From: Eledone cirrhosa
Lineage: Eukaryota
Length of the DNA: 64,000 bases
Direction: 5' to 3'
NCBI GenBank assembly: GCA_964016885.1
Contig: OZ024743.1
Span: 299,708,001 to 299,772,000, forward strand
Below the pieces are notes generated by a model. It was not told where the DNA came from. It made no database searches and saw only the letters and a list, made by a program, of their open reading frames with translations. Positions within the stretch are counted from its first letter, which is position 1; each line of letters begins with the position of its first letter. Shown piece by piece: positions 42,686 through 57,600 of this stretch. A program made the position numbers and the translations under genes.

Positions 42686-45600
42686 TATTAAAATATAGAG
42701 AAAAATACTGCAGGTAGCACATGGTAACATGTAATAAAATACGTCCCTCATCAGTGATTTGCCGAAGATCATAGATATTTCATTGCATTAAAAATCATAT
42801 ATCTCACTTCGGTGCAATAATAACCAAAATAAGTTATTAGGACAATTAAAACGCGTAAAGCGAGTGAGACAGGAGAACAACAGAAAATATAGCATACCGT
42901 GGGAGAGAAACAAGCTTCAAAAATTATTCTGTTAGCGTAAGCTAGGTGAATATATGAGCGCTTAGAGAATAGTGCCAGCACGAACGAAGGCCATTGAGCA
43001 GAGAGAGAAAAAATAGCGTCCGTGAGTGCAGGATGAAATGAAGAGAAGAGGGAGAAAAACAGTGAGTGAGTGAAAGTGTGAGGAAGAGTTAACGGACAAG
43101 ACAGAGGGGGAGAAACAGAGAGAATGGGGGAACAGTAAGAGAGAGAGAAAAAAACACTGAATCGCAGTGGTAAATATATGTATTAAAATATAGAGAAAAA
43201 TACTGCAGGTAGCACATGGTAACATGTAATAAAATACGTCCCTCATCAGTGATTTGCCGAAGATCATAGATATTTCATTGCAATAAAAATCATATATCTC
43301 ACTTCGGTGCAATAATAACCAAAATAAGTTATTAGGACAATTAAAACGCGTAAAGCGAGTGAGACAGGAGAACAACAGAAAATATAGCATACCGTGGAAG
43401 AGTAACAAGCTTCAAAAATTATTCTGTTAGCGTAAGCTAGGTGAATATATGAGCGCTTAGAGAATAGTGCCAGCACGAACGAAGGCCATTGAGCAGAGAG
43501 AGAAAAAATAGCGTCCGTGAGTGCAGGATGAAATGAAGAGAAGAGGGAGGAAAACAGTGAGTGAGTGAAAGTGTGAGGAAGAGTTAACGGACAAGACAGA
43601 GGGGAAGAAACAGAGAGAATGGGGGAACAGTAAGAGAGAGAGAAAAAAACACAGAATCGCAGTGGTAAATATATGTATTAAAATATAGAGAAAAATACTG
43701 CAGGTAGCACATGGTAACATGTAATAAAATACGTCCCTCATCAGTGATTTGCCGAAGATCATAGATATTTCATTGCATTAAAAATCATATATCTCACTTC
43801 GGTGCAATAATAACCAAAATAAGTTATTAGGACAATTAAAACGCGTAAAGCGAGTGAGACAGGAGAACAACAGAAAATATAGCATACCGTGGGAGAGAAA
43901 CAAGCTTCAAAAATTATTCTGTTAGCGTAAGCTAGGTGAATATATGAGCGCTTAGAGAATAGTGCCAGCACAAACGAAGGCCATTGAGCAGAGAGAGAAA
44001 AAATAGCGTCCGTGAGTGCAGGATGAAATGAAGAGAAGAGGGAGAAAAACAGTGAGTGAGTGAAAGTGTGAGGAAGAGTTAACGGACAAGACAGAGGGGG
44101 AGAAACAGAGAGAATGGGGGAACAGTAAGAGAGAGAGAAAAAAACACAGAATCGCAGTGGTGAATATATGTATTAAAATATAGAGAAAAATACTGCAGGT
44201 AGCACATGGTAACATGTAATAAAATACGTCCCTCATCAGTGATTTGCCGAAGATCATAGATATTTCATTGCATTAAAAATCATATATCTCACTTCGGTGC
44301 AATAATAACCAAAATAAGTTATTAGGACAATTAAAACGCGTAAAGCGAGTGAGACAGGAGAACAACAGAAAATATAGCATACCGTGGGAGAGAAACAAGC
44401 TTCAAAAATTATTCTGTTAGCGTAAGCTAGGTGAATATATGAGCGCTTAGAGAATAGTGCCAGCACGAACGAAGGCCATTGAGCAGAGAGAGAAAAAAAT
44501 AGCGTCCGTGAGTGCAGGATGAAATGAAGAGAAGAGGGAGAAAAAAAGTGAGTGAGTGAAAGTGTGAGGAAGAGTTAACGGACAAGACAGAGGGGGGGAA
44601 ACAGAGAGAATGGGGAACAGTAAGAGAGAGAGAAAAAAAAACAGAATCGCAGTGGTAAATATATGTATTAAAATATAGAGAAAAATACTGCAGGTAGCAC
44701 ATGGTAACATGTAATAAAATACGTCCCTCATCAGTGATTTGCCGAAGATCATAGATATTTCATTGCATTAAAAATCATATATCTCACTTCGGTGCAATAA
44801 TAACCAAAATAAGTTATTAGGACAATTAAAACGCGTAAAGCGAGTGAGACAGGAGAACAACAGAAAATATAGCATACCGTGGGAGAGAAACAAGCTTCAA
44901 AAATTATTCTGTTAGCGTAAGCTAGGTGAATATATGAGCGCTTAGAGAATAGTGTCAGCACGAATGAAGGCCATTGAGCAGAGAGAGAAAAAATAGCGTC
45001 CGTGAGTGCAGGATGAAATGAAGAGAAGAGGGAGAAAAACAGTGAGTGAGTGAAAGTGTGAGGAAGAGTTAACGGACAAGACAGAGGGGAAGAAACAGAG
45101 AGAATGGGGGAACAGTAAGAGAGAGAGAAAAAAACACAGAATCGCAGTGGTAAATATATGTATTAAAATATAAAGAAAAATACTGCAGGTAGCACATGGT
45201 AACATGTAATAAAATACGTCCCCCATCAGTGATTTGCCGAAGATCATAGATATTTCATTGCATTAAAAATCATATATCTCACTTCGGTGCAATAATAACC
45301 AAAATAAGTTATTAGGACAATTAAAACGCGTAAAGCGAGTGAGACAGGAGAACAACAGAAAATATAGCATACCGTGGGAGAGAAACAAGCTTCAAAAATT
45401 ATTCTGTTAGCGTAAGCTAGGTGAATATATGAGCGCTTAGAGAATAGTGCCAGCACGAACGAAGGCCATTGAGCAGAGAGAGAAAAAATAGCGTCCGTGA
45501 GTGCAGGATGAAATGAAGAGAAGAGGGAGAAAAACAGTGAGTGAGTGAAAGTGTGAGGAAGAGTTAACGGACAAGACAGAGGGGGAGAAACAGAGAGAAT

Positions 45601-48600
45601 GGGGGAACAGTAAGAGAGTGAGAAAAAAACACAGAATCGCAGTGGTAAATATATGTATTAAAATATAGAGAAAAATACTGCAGGTAGCACATGGTAACAT
45701 GAAATAAAATACGTCCCTCATCAGTGATTTGCCGAAGATCATAGATATTTCATTGCATTAAAAATCATATATCTCACTTCGGTGCAATAATAACCAAAAT
45801 AAGTTATTAGGACAATTAAAACGCGTAAAGCGAGTGAGACAGGAGAACAACAGAAAATATAGCATACCGTGGGAGAGAAACAAGCTTCAAAAATTATTCT
45901 GTTAGCGTAAGCTAGGTGAATATATGAGCGCTTAGAGAATAGTGCCAGCACAAACGAAGGCCATGGAGCAGAGAGAGAAAAAATAGCGTCCGTGAGTGCA
46001 GGATGAAATGAAGAGAAGAGGGAGAAAAACAGTGAGTGAGTGAAAGTGTGAGGAAGAGTTAACGGACAAGACAGAGGGGGAGAAACAGAGAGAATGGGGG
46101 AACAGTAAGAGAGAGAGAAAAAACACAGGATCGCAGTGGTAAATATATGTATTAAAATATAGAGAAAAATACTGCAGGTAGCACATGGTAACATGTAATA
46201 AAATACGTCCCTCATCAGTGATTTGCCGAAGATCATAGATATTTCATTGCATTAAAAATCATATATCTCACTTCGGTGCAATAATAACCAAAATAAGTTA
46301 TTAGAACAATTAAAACGCGTAAAGCGAGTGAGACAGGAGAACAACAGAAAATATAGCATACCGTGGGAGAGAAACAAGCTTCAAAAATTATTCTGTTAGC
46401 GTAAGCTAGGTGAATATATGAGCGCTTAGAGAATAGTGCCAGCACGAACGAAGGCCATTGAGCAGAGAGAGAAAAAATAGCGTCCGTGAGTGCAGGATGA
46501 AATGAAGAGAAGAGGGAGAAAAACAGTGAGTGAGTGAAAGTGTGAGGAAGAGTTAACGGACAAGACAGAGGGGAAGAAACAGAGAGAATGGGGGGAACAG
46601 TAAGAGAGAGAGAAAAAAACACAGAATCGCAGTGGTAAATATATGTATTAAAATATAGAGAAAAATACTGCAGGTAGCACATGGTAACATGTAATAAAAT
46701 ACGTCCCTCATCAGTGATTTGCCGAAGATCATAGATATTTCATTGCATTAAAAATCATATATCTCACTTCAGTGCAATAATAACCAAAATAAGTTATTAG
46801 GACAATTAAAACGCGTAAAGCGAGTGAGACAGGAGAACAACAGAAAATATAGCATACCGTGGGAGAGAAACAAGCTTCAAAAATTATTCTGTTAGCGTAA
46901 GCTAGGTGAATATATGAGCGCTTAGAGAATAGTGCCAGCACGAACGAAGGCCATTGAGCAGAGAGAGAAAAAATAGCGTCCGTGAGTGCAGGATGAAATG
47001 AAGAGAAGAGGGAGAAAAACAGTGAGTGAGTGAAAGTGTGAGGAAGAGTTAACGGACAAGACAGAGGGGGAGAAACAGAGAGAATGGGGAACAGTAAGAG
47101 AGAGAGAAAAAAAACACAGAATCGCAATGGTAAATATATGTATTAAAATATAGAGAAAAATACTGCAGGTAGCACATGGTAACATGTAATAAAATACGTC
47201 CCTCATCAGTGATTTGCCGAAGATCATAGATATTTCATTGCATTAAAAATCATATATCTCACTTCGGTGCAATAATAACCAAAATAAGTTATTAGGACAA
47301 TTAAAACGCGTAAAGCGAGTGAGACAGGAGAACAACAGAAAATATAGCATACCGTGGGAGAGAAACAAGCTTCAAAAATTATTCTGTTAGCGTAAGCTAG
47401 GTGAATATATGAGCGCTTAGAGAATAGTGCCAGCACGAATGAAGGCCATTGAGCAGAGAGAGAAAAAATCGCGCCCGTGAGTGCAGGATGAAATGAAGAG
47501 AAGAGGGAGAAAAACAGTGAGTGAGTGAAAGTGTGAGGAAGAGTTAACGGACAAGACAGAGGGGGAGAAACAGAGAGAATGGGGGAACAGTAAGAGAGTG
47601 AGAAAAAAACACAGAATCGCAGTGGTAAATATATGTATTAAAATATAGAGAAAAATACTGCAGGTAGCACATGGTAACATGAAATAAAATACGTCCCTCA
47701 TCAGTGATTTGCCGAAGATCATAGATATTTCATTGCATTAAAAATCATATATCTCACTTCGGTGCAATAATAACCAAAATAAGTTATTAGGACAATTAAA
47801 ACGCGTAAAGCGAGTGAGACAGGAGAACAACAGAAAATATAGCATACCGTGGGAGAGAAACAAGCTTCAAAAATTATTCTGTTAGCGTAAGCTAGGTGAA
47901 TATATGAGCGCTTAGAGAATAGTGCCAGCACGAATGAAGGCCATTGAGCAGAGAGAGAAAAAATAGCGTCCGTGAGTGCAGGATGAAATGAAGAGAAGAG
48001 GGAGAAAAACAGTGAGTGAGTGAAAGTGTGAGGAAGAGTTAACGGACAAGACAGAGGGGAAGAAACAGAGAGAATGGGGGAACAGTAAGAGAGAGAGAAA
48101 AAAACACAGAATCGCAGTGGTAAATATATGTATTAGAATATAAAGAAAAATACTGCAGGTAGCACATGGTAACATGTAATAAAATACGTCCCCCATCAGT
48201 GATTTGCCGAAGATCATAGATATTTCATTGCATTAAAAATCATATATCTCACTTCGGTGCAATAATAACCAAAATAAGTTATTAGGACAATTAAAACGCG
48301 TAAAGCGAGTGAGACAGGAGAACAACAGAAAATATAGCATACCGTGGGAGAGAAACAAGCTTCAAAAATTATTCTGTTAGCGTAAGCTAGGTGAATATAT
48401 GAGCGCTTAGAGAATAGTGCCAGCACGAACGAAGGCCATTGAGCAGAGAGAGAAAAAATAGCGTCCGTGAGTGCAGGATGAAATGAAGAGAAGAGGGAGA
48501 AAAACAGTGAGTGAGTGAAAGTGTGAGGAAGAGTTAACGGAAAAGACAGAGGGGGAGAAACAGAGAGAATGGGGGAACAGTAAGAGAGAGAGAAAAAAAC

Positions 48601-51600
48601 ACAGAATCGCAGTGGTAAATATATGTATTAAAATATAGAGAAAAATACTGCAGGTAGCACATGGTAACATGAAATAAAATACGTCCCTCATCAGTGATTT
48701 GCCGAAGATCATAGATATTTCATTGCATTAAAAATCATATATCTCACTTCGGTGCAATAATAACCAAAATAAGTTATTAGGACAATTAAAACGCGTAAAG
48801 CGAGTGAGACAGGAGAACAACAGAAAATATAGCATACCGTGGGAGAGAAACAAGCTTCAAAAATTATTCTGTTAGCGTAAGCTAGGTGAATATATGAGCG
48901 CTTAGAGAATAGTGCCAGCACAAACGAAGGCCATGGAGCAGAGAGAGAAAAAATAGCGTCCGTGAGTGCAGGATGAAATGAAGAGAATAGGGAGAAAAAC
49001 AGTGAGTGAGTGAAAGTGTGAGGAAGAGTTAACGGACAAGACAGAGGGGGAGAAACAGAGAGAATGGGGGAACAGTAAGAGAGAGAGAAAAAACACAGGA
49101 TCGCAGTGGTAAATATATGTATTAAAATATAGAGAAAAATACTGCAGGTAGCACATGGTAACATGTAATAAAATACGTCCCTTATCAGTGATTTGCCGAA
49201 GATCATAGATATTTCATTGCATTAAAAATCATATATCTCACTTCGGTGCAATAATAACCAAAATAAGTTATTAGAACAATTAAAACGCGTAAAGCGAGTG
49301 AGACAGGAGAACAACAGAAAATATAGCATACCGTTGGAGAGAAACAAGCTTCAAAAATTATTCTGTTAGCGTAAGCTAGGTGAATATATGAGCGCTTAGA
49401 GAATAGTGCCAGCACGAACGAAGGCCATTGAGCAGAGAGAGAAAAAATAGCGTCCGTGTGTGCAGGATGAAATGAAGAGAAGAGGGAGAAAAACAGTGAG
49501 TGAGTGAAAGTGTGAGGAAGAGTTAACGGACAAGACAGAGGGGGAGAAACAGTGAGAATGGGGGAACAGTAAGAGAGAGAGAAAAAAACACAGAATCGCA
49601 GTGGTAAATATATGTATTAAAATATAGAGAAAAATACTGCAGGTAGCACATGGTAACATGTAATAAAATACGTCCCTCATCAGTGATTTGCCGAAGATCA
49701 TAGATATTTCATTGCATTAAAAATCATATATCTCACTTCGGTGCAATAATAACCAAAATAAGTTATTAGGACAATTAAAACGCGTAAAGCGAGTGAGACA
49801 GGAGAACAACAGGAAATATAGCATACCGTGGGAGAGAAACAAGCTTCAAAAATTATTCTGTTAGCGTAAGCTAGGTGAATATATGAGCGCTTAGAGAATA
49901 GTGCCAGCACAAACGAAGGCCATTGAGCAGAGAGAGAAAAAATAGCGTCCGTGAGTGCAGGATGAAATGAAGAGAAGAGGGAGAAAAACAGTGAGTGAGT
50001 GAAAGTGTGAGGAAGAGTTAACGGACAAGACAGAGGGGGAGAAACAGAGAGAATGGGGGAACAGTAAGAGAGAGAGAAAAAAACACAGGATCGCAGTGGT
50101 AAATATATGTATTAAAATATAGAGAAAAATACTGCAGGTAGCACATGGTAACATGTAATAAAATACGTCCCTCATCAGTGATTTGCCGAAGATCATAGAT
50201 ATTTCATTGCATTAAAAATCATATATCTCACTTCGGTGCAATAATAACCAAAATAAGTTATTAGGACAATTAAAACGCGTAAAGCGAGTAAGACAGGAGA
50301 ACAACAGAAAATATAGCATACCGTGGGAGAGAAACAAGCTTCAAAAATTATTCTGTTAGCGTAAGCTAGGTGAATATATGAGCGCTTAGAGAATAGTGCC
50401 AGCACGAACGAAGGCCATTGAGCAGAGAGAGAAAAAATAGCGTCCGTGAGTGCAGGATGAAATGAAGAGAAGAGGGAGAAAAACAGTGAGTGAGTGAAAG
50501 TGTGAGGAAGAGTTAACGGACAAGACAGAGGGGGGGGGGGAAACAGAGAGAATGGGGAACAGTAAGAGAGAGAGAAAAAAACACAGAATCGCAGTGGTAA
50601 ATATATGTATTAAAATATAGAGAAAAATATTGCAGGTAGCACATGGTAACATGTAATAAAATACGTCCCTCATCAGTGATTTGCCGAAGATCATAGATAT
50701 TTCATTGCAGTAAAAATCATATATCTCACTTCGGTGCAATAATAACCAAAATAAGTTATTAGGACAATTAAAACGCGTAAAGCGAGTGAGACAGGAGAAC
50801 AACAGAAAATATAGCATACCGTGGGAGAGAAACAAGCTTCAAAAATTATTCTGTTAGCGTAAGCTAGGTGAATATATGAGCGCTTAGAGAATAGTGCCAG
50901 CACAAACGAAGGCCATGGAGCAGAGAGAGAAAAAATAGCGTCCGTGAGTGCAGGATGAAATGAAGAGAAGAGGGAGAAAAACAGTGAGTGAGTGAAAGCG
51001 TGAGGAAGAGTTAACGGACAAGACAGAGGGGGAGAAACAGAGAGAATGGAGGAACAGTAAGAGAGAGAGAAAAAACACAGGATCGCAGTGGTAAATATAT
51101 GTATTAAAATATAGAGAAAAATACTGCAGGTAGCACATGTTAACATGTAATAAAATACGTCCCTCATCAGTGATTTGCCGAAGATCATAGATATTTCATT
51201 GCATTAAAAATCATATATCTCACTTCGGTGCAATAATAACCAAAATAAGTTATTAGAACAATTAAAACGCGTAAAGCGAGTGAGACAGGAGAACAACAGA
51301 AAATATAGCGTACCGTGGGAGAGAAACAAGCTTCAAAAATTATTCTGTTAGCGTAAGCTAGGTGAATATATGAGCGCTTAGAGAATAGTGCCAGCACGAA
51401 CGAAGGCCACTGAGCAGAGAGAGAAAAAATAGCGTCCTTGCGTGCAGGATGAAATGAAGAGAAGAGGGAGAAAAACAGTGAGTGAGTGAAAGTGTGAGGA
51501 AGAGTTAACGGACAAGACAGAGGGGGAGAAACAGAGAGAATGGGGGAACAGTAAGAGAGAGAGAAAAAAACACAGAATCGCAGTGGTAAATATATGTATT

Positions 51601-54600
51601 AAAATATAGAGAAAAATACTGCAGGTAGCACATGGTAACATGTAATAAAATACGTCCCTCATCAGTGATTTGCCGAAGATCATAGATATTTCATTGCATT
51701 AAAAATCATATATCTCACTTCGGTGCAATAATAACCAAAATAAGTTATTAGGACAATTAAAACGCGTACAGCGAGTGAGACAGGAGAACAACAGAAAATA
51801 TAGCATACCGTGGGAGAGAAACAAGCTTCAAAAATTATTCTGTTAGCGTAAGCTAGGTGAATATATGAGCGCTTAGAGAATAGTGCCAGCACAAACGAAG
51901 GCCATTGAGCAGAGAGAGAAAAAATAGCGTCCGTGAGTGCAGGATGAAATGAAGAGAAGAGGGAGAAAAACAGTGAGTGAGTGAAAGTGTGAGGAAGAGT
52001 TAACGGACAAGACAGAGGGGGAGAAACAGAGAGAATGGGGGAACAGTAAGAGAGAGAGAAAAAAACACAGGATCGCAGTGGTAAATATATGTATTAAAAT
52101 ATAGAGAAAAATACTGCAGGTAGCACATGGTAACATGTAATAAAATACGTCCCTCATCAGTGATTTGCCGAAGATCATAGATATTTCATTGCATTAAAAA
52201 TCATATATCTCACTTCGGTGCAATAATAACCAAAATAAGTTATTAGGACAATTAAAACGCGTAAAGCGAGTGAGACAGGAGAACAACAGAAAATATAGCA
52301 TACCGTGGGAGAGAAACAAGCTTCTAAAATTATTCTGTTAGCGTAAGCTAGGTGAATATATGAGCGCTTAGAGAATAGTGCCAGCACGAACGAAGGCCAT
52401 TGAGCAGAGAGAGAAAAAATAGCGTCCGTGAGTGCAGGATGAAATGAAGAGAAGAGGGAGAAAAACAGTGAGTGAGTGAAAGTGTGAGGAAGAGTTAACG
52501 GACAAGACAGAGGGGGGGAAACAGAGAGAATGGGGAACAGTAAGAGAGAGAGAAAAAAACACAGAATCGCAGTGGTAAATATATGTATTAAAATATAGAG
52601 AAAAATACTGCAGGTAGCACATGGTAACATGTAATAAAATACGTCCCTCATCAGTGATTTGCCGAAGATCATAGATATTTCATTGCATTAAAAATCATAT
52701 ATCTCACTTCAGTGCAATAATAACCAAAATAAGTTATTAGGACAATTAAAACGCGTAAAGCGAGTGAGACAGGAGAACAACAGAAAATATAGCATACCGT
52801 GGGAGAGAAACAAGCTTCAAAAATTATTCTGTTAGCGTAAGCTAGGTGAATATATGAGCGCTTAGAGAATAGTGCCAGCACGAACGAAGGCCATTGAGCA
52901 GAGAGAGAAAAATAGCGTCCGTGAGTGCAGGATGAAATGAAGAGAAGAGGGAGAAAAACAGTGAGTGAGTGAAAGTGTGAGGAAGAGTTAACGGACAAGA
53001 CAGAGGGGGAGAAACAGAGAGAATGGGGAACAGTAAGAGAGAGAGAAAAAAAACACAGAATCGCAATGGTAAATATATGTATTAAAATATAGAGAAAAAT
53101 ACTGCAGGTAGCACATGGTAACATGTAATAAAATACGTCCCTCATCAGTGATTTGCCGAAGATCATAGATATTTCATTGCATTAAAAATCATATATCTCA
53201 CTTCGGTGCAATAATAACCAAAATAAGTTATTAGGACAATTAAAACGCGTAAAGCGAGTGAGACAGGAGAACAACAGAAAATATAGCATACCGTGAGAGA
53301 GAAACAAGCTTCTAAAATTATTCTGTTAGCGTAAGCTAGGTGAATATATGAGCGCTTAGAGAATAGTGCCAGCACGAACGAAGGCCATTGAGCAGAGAGA
53401 GAAAAAATAGCGTCCGTGAGTGCAGGATGAAATGAAGAGAAGAGGGAGAAAAACAGTGAGTGAGTGAAAGTGTGAGGAAGAGTTAACGGACAAGACAGAG
53501 GGGGGGAAACAGAGAGAATGGGGAACAGTAAGAGAGAGAGAAAAAAACACAGAATCGCAGTGGTAAATATATGTATTAAAATATAGAGAAAAATACTGCA
53601 GGTAGCACATGGTAACATGTAATAAAATACGTCCCTCATCAGTGATTTGCCGAAGATCATAGATATTTCATTGCATTAAAAATCATATATCTCACTTCAG
53701 TGCAATAATAACCAAAATAAGTTATTAGGACAATTAAAACGCGTAAAGCGAGTGAGACAGGAGAACAACAGAAAATATAGCATACCGTGGGAGAGAAACA
53801 AGCTTCAAAAATTATTCTGTTAGCGTAAGCTAGGTGAATATATGAGCGCTTAGAGAATAGTGCCAGCACGAACGAAGGCCATTGAGCAGAGAGAGAAAAA
53901 TAGCGTCCGTGAGTGCAGGATGAAATGAAGAGAAGAGGGAGAAAAACAGTGAGTGAGTGAAAGTGTGAGGAAGAGTTAACGGACAAGACAGAGGGGGAGA
54001 AACAGAGAGAATGGGGAACAGTAAGAGAGAGAGAAAAAAAACACAGAATCGCAATGGTAAATATATGTATTAAAATATAGAGAAAAATACTGCAGGTAGC
54101 ACATGGTAACATGTAATAAAATACGTCCCTCGTCAGTGATTTGCCGAAGATCATAGATATTTCATTGCATTAAAAATCATATATCTCACTTCGGTGCAAT
54201 AATAACCAAAATAAGTTATTAGGACAATTAAAACGCGTAAAGCGAGTGAGACAGGAGAACAACAGAAAATATAGCATACCGTGGGAGAGAAACAAGCTTC
54301 AAAAATTATTCTGTTAGCGTAAGCTAGGTGAATATATGAGCGCTTAGAGAATAGTGCCAGCACAAACGAAGGCCATGGAGCAGAGAGAGAAAAAATAGCG
54401 TCCGTGAGTGCAGGATGAACTGAAGAGAAGAGGGAGAAAAACAGTGAGTGAGTGAAAGTGTGAGGAAGAGTTAACGGACAAGACAGAGGGGGAGAAACAG
54501 AGAGAATGGGGAACAGTAAGAGAGAGAGAAAAAAAACACAGAATCGCAATGGTAAATATATGTATTAAAATATAGAGAAAAATACTGCAGGTAGCACATG

Positions 54601-57600
54601 GTAACATGTAATAAAATACGTCCCTCATCAGTGATTTGCCGAAGATCATAGATATTTCATTGCATTAAAAATCATAAATCTCACTTCGGTGCAATAATAA
54701 CCAAAATAAGTTATTAGGACAATTAAAACGCGTAAAGCGAGTGAGACAGGAGAACAACAGAAAATATAGCATACCGTGGGAGAGAAACAAGCTTCAAAAA
54801 TTATTCTGTTAGCGTAAGCTAGGTGAATATATGAGCGCTTAGAGAATAGTGCCAGCACGAACGAAGGCCATTGAGCAGAGAGAGAAAAAATAGCGTCCGT
54901 GAGTGCAGGATGAAATGAAGAGATGAGGGAGAAAAACAGTGAGTGAGTGAAAGTGTGAGGAAGAGTTAACGGACAAGACAGAGGGGGGGGGAAACAGAGA
55001 GAATGGGGAACAGTAAGAGAGAGAGAAAAAAACACAGAATCGCAGTGGTAAATATATCTATTAAAATATAGAGAAAAATACTGCAGGTAGCACATGGTAA
55101 CATGTAATAAAATACGTCCCTCATCAGTGATTTGCCGAAGATCATAGATATTTCATTGCATTAAAAATCATATATCTCACTTCGGTGCAATAATAACCAA
55201 AATAAGTTATTAGGACAATTAAAACGCGTAAAGCGAGTGAGACAGGAGAACAACAGAAAATATAGCATACCGTGGGAGAGAAACAAGCTTCAAAAATTAT
55301 TCTGTTAGCGTAAGCTAGGTGAATATATGAGCGCTTAGAGAATAGTGCCAGCACAAACGAAGGCCATGGAGCAGAGAGAGAAAAAATAGCGTCCGTGAGT
55401 GCAGGATGAAATGAAGAGAAGAGGGAGAAAAACAGTGAGTGAGTGAAAGTGTGAGGAAGAGTTAACGGACAAGACAGAGGGGGAGAAACAGAGAGAATGG
55501 GGGAACAGTAAGAGAGAGAGAAAAAACACAGGATCGCAGTGGTAAATATATGTATTAAAATATAGAGAAAAATACTGCAGGTAGCACATGGTAACATGTA
55601 ATAAAATACGTCCCTCATCAGTGATTTGCCGAAGATCATAGATATTTCATTGCATTAAAAATCATATATCTCACTTCGGTGCAATAATAACCAAAATAAG
55701 TTATTAGAACAATTAAAACGCGTAAAGCGAGTGAGACAGGAGAACAACAGAAAATATAGCATACCGTGGGAGAGAAACAAGCTTCAAAAATTATTCTGTT
55801 AGCGTAAGCTAGGTGAATATATGAGCGCTTAGAGAATAGTGCCAGCACGAACGAAGGCCATTGAGCAGAGAGAGAAAAAATAGCGTTCGTGAGTGCAGGA
55901 TGAAATGAAGAGAAGAGGGAGAAAAACAGTGAGTGAGTGAAAGTGTGAGGAAGAGTTAACGGACAAGACAGAGGGGAAGAAACAGAGAGAATGGGGGGAA
56001 CAGTAAGAGAGAGAGAAAAAAACACAGAATCGCAGTGGTAAATATATGTATTAAAATATAGAGAAAAATACTGCAGGTAGCACATGGTAACATGTAATAA
56101 AATACGTCCCTCATCAGTGATTTGCCGAAGATCATAGATATTTCATTGCATTAAAAATCATATATCTCACTTCGGTGCAATAATAACCAAAATAAGTTAT
56201 TAGGACAATTAAAACGCGTAAAGCGAGTGAGACAGGAGAACAACAGAAAATATAGCATACCGTGGGAGAGAAACAAGCTTCAAAAATTATTCTGTTAGCG
56301 TAAGCTAGGTGAATATATGAGCGCTTAGAGAATAGTGCCAGCACAAACGAAGGCCATTGAGCAGAGAGAGAAAAAATAGCGTCCGTGAGTGCAGGATGAA
56401 ATGAAGAGAAGAGGGAGAAAAACAGTGAGTGAGTGAAAGTGTGAGGAAGAGTTAACGGACAAGACAGAGGGGGAGAAACAGAGAGAATGGGGGAACAGTA
56501 AGAGAGAGAGAAAAAAACACAGAATCGCAGTGGTAAATATATGTATTAAAATATAGAGAAAAATACTGCAGGTAGCACATGGTAACATGAAATAAAATAC
56601 GTCCCTCATCAGTGATTTGCCGAAGATCATAGATATTTCATTGCATTAAAAATCATATATCTCACTTCGGTGCAATAATAACCAAAATAAGTTATTAGGA
56701 CAATTAAAACGCGTAAAGCGAGTGAGACAGGAGAACAACAGAAAATATAGCATACCGTGGGAGAGAAACAAGCTTCAAAAATTATTCTGTTAGCGTAAGC
56801 TAGGTGAATATATGAGCGCTTAGAGAATAGTGCCAGCACAAACGAAGGCCATGGAGCAGAGAGAGAAAAAATAGCGTGCGTGAGTGCAGGATGAAATGAA
56901 GAGAAGAGGGAGAAAAACAGTGAGTGAGTGAAAGTGTGAGGAAGAGTTAACGGACAAGAGAGAGGGGGAGAAACAGAGAGAATGGGGGAACAGTAAGAGA
57001 GAGAGAAAAAAACACAGAATCGCAGTGGTAAATATATGTATTAAAATATAGAGAAAAATACTGCAGGTAGCACATGGTAACATGTAATAAAATACGTCCC
57101 TCATCAGTGATTTGCCGAAGATCACAGATATTTCATTGCATTAAAAATCATATATCTCACTTCGGTGCAATAATAACCAAAATAAGTTATTAGGACAATT
57201 AAAACGCGTAAAGCGAGTGAGACAGGAGAACAACAGAAAATATAGCATACCGTGGGAGAGAAACAAGCTTCAAAAATTATTCTGTTAGCGTAAGCTAGGT
57301 GAATATATGAGCGCTTAGAGAATAGTGCCAGCACAAACGAAGGCCATTGAGCAGAGAGAGAAAAAATAGCGTCCGTGAGTGCAGGATGAAATGAAGAGAA
57401 GAGGGAGAAAAACAGTGAGTGAGTGAAAGTGTGAGGAAGAGTTAACGGACAAGACAGAGGGGGAGAAACAGAGAGAATGGGGGAACAGTAAGAGAGAGAG
57501 AAAAAAACACAGAATCGCAGTGGTAAATATATGTATTAAAATATAGAGAAAAATACTGCAGGTAGCACATGGTAACATGAAATAAAATACGTCCCTCATC

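Noticed and set aside
42748-42790. Reading the satellite motif as a simple type II hammerhead (GAAAUAU-CUA-UGAU..AUCA-CUGAUGA)
   Set aside because: Stem III and stem II do not pair in this reading and the 10.8-kb homologue does not support it. The S1-S3-S2 model has 6-bp helices and compensatory changes.
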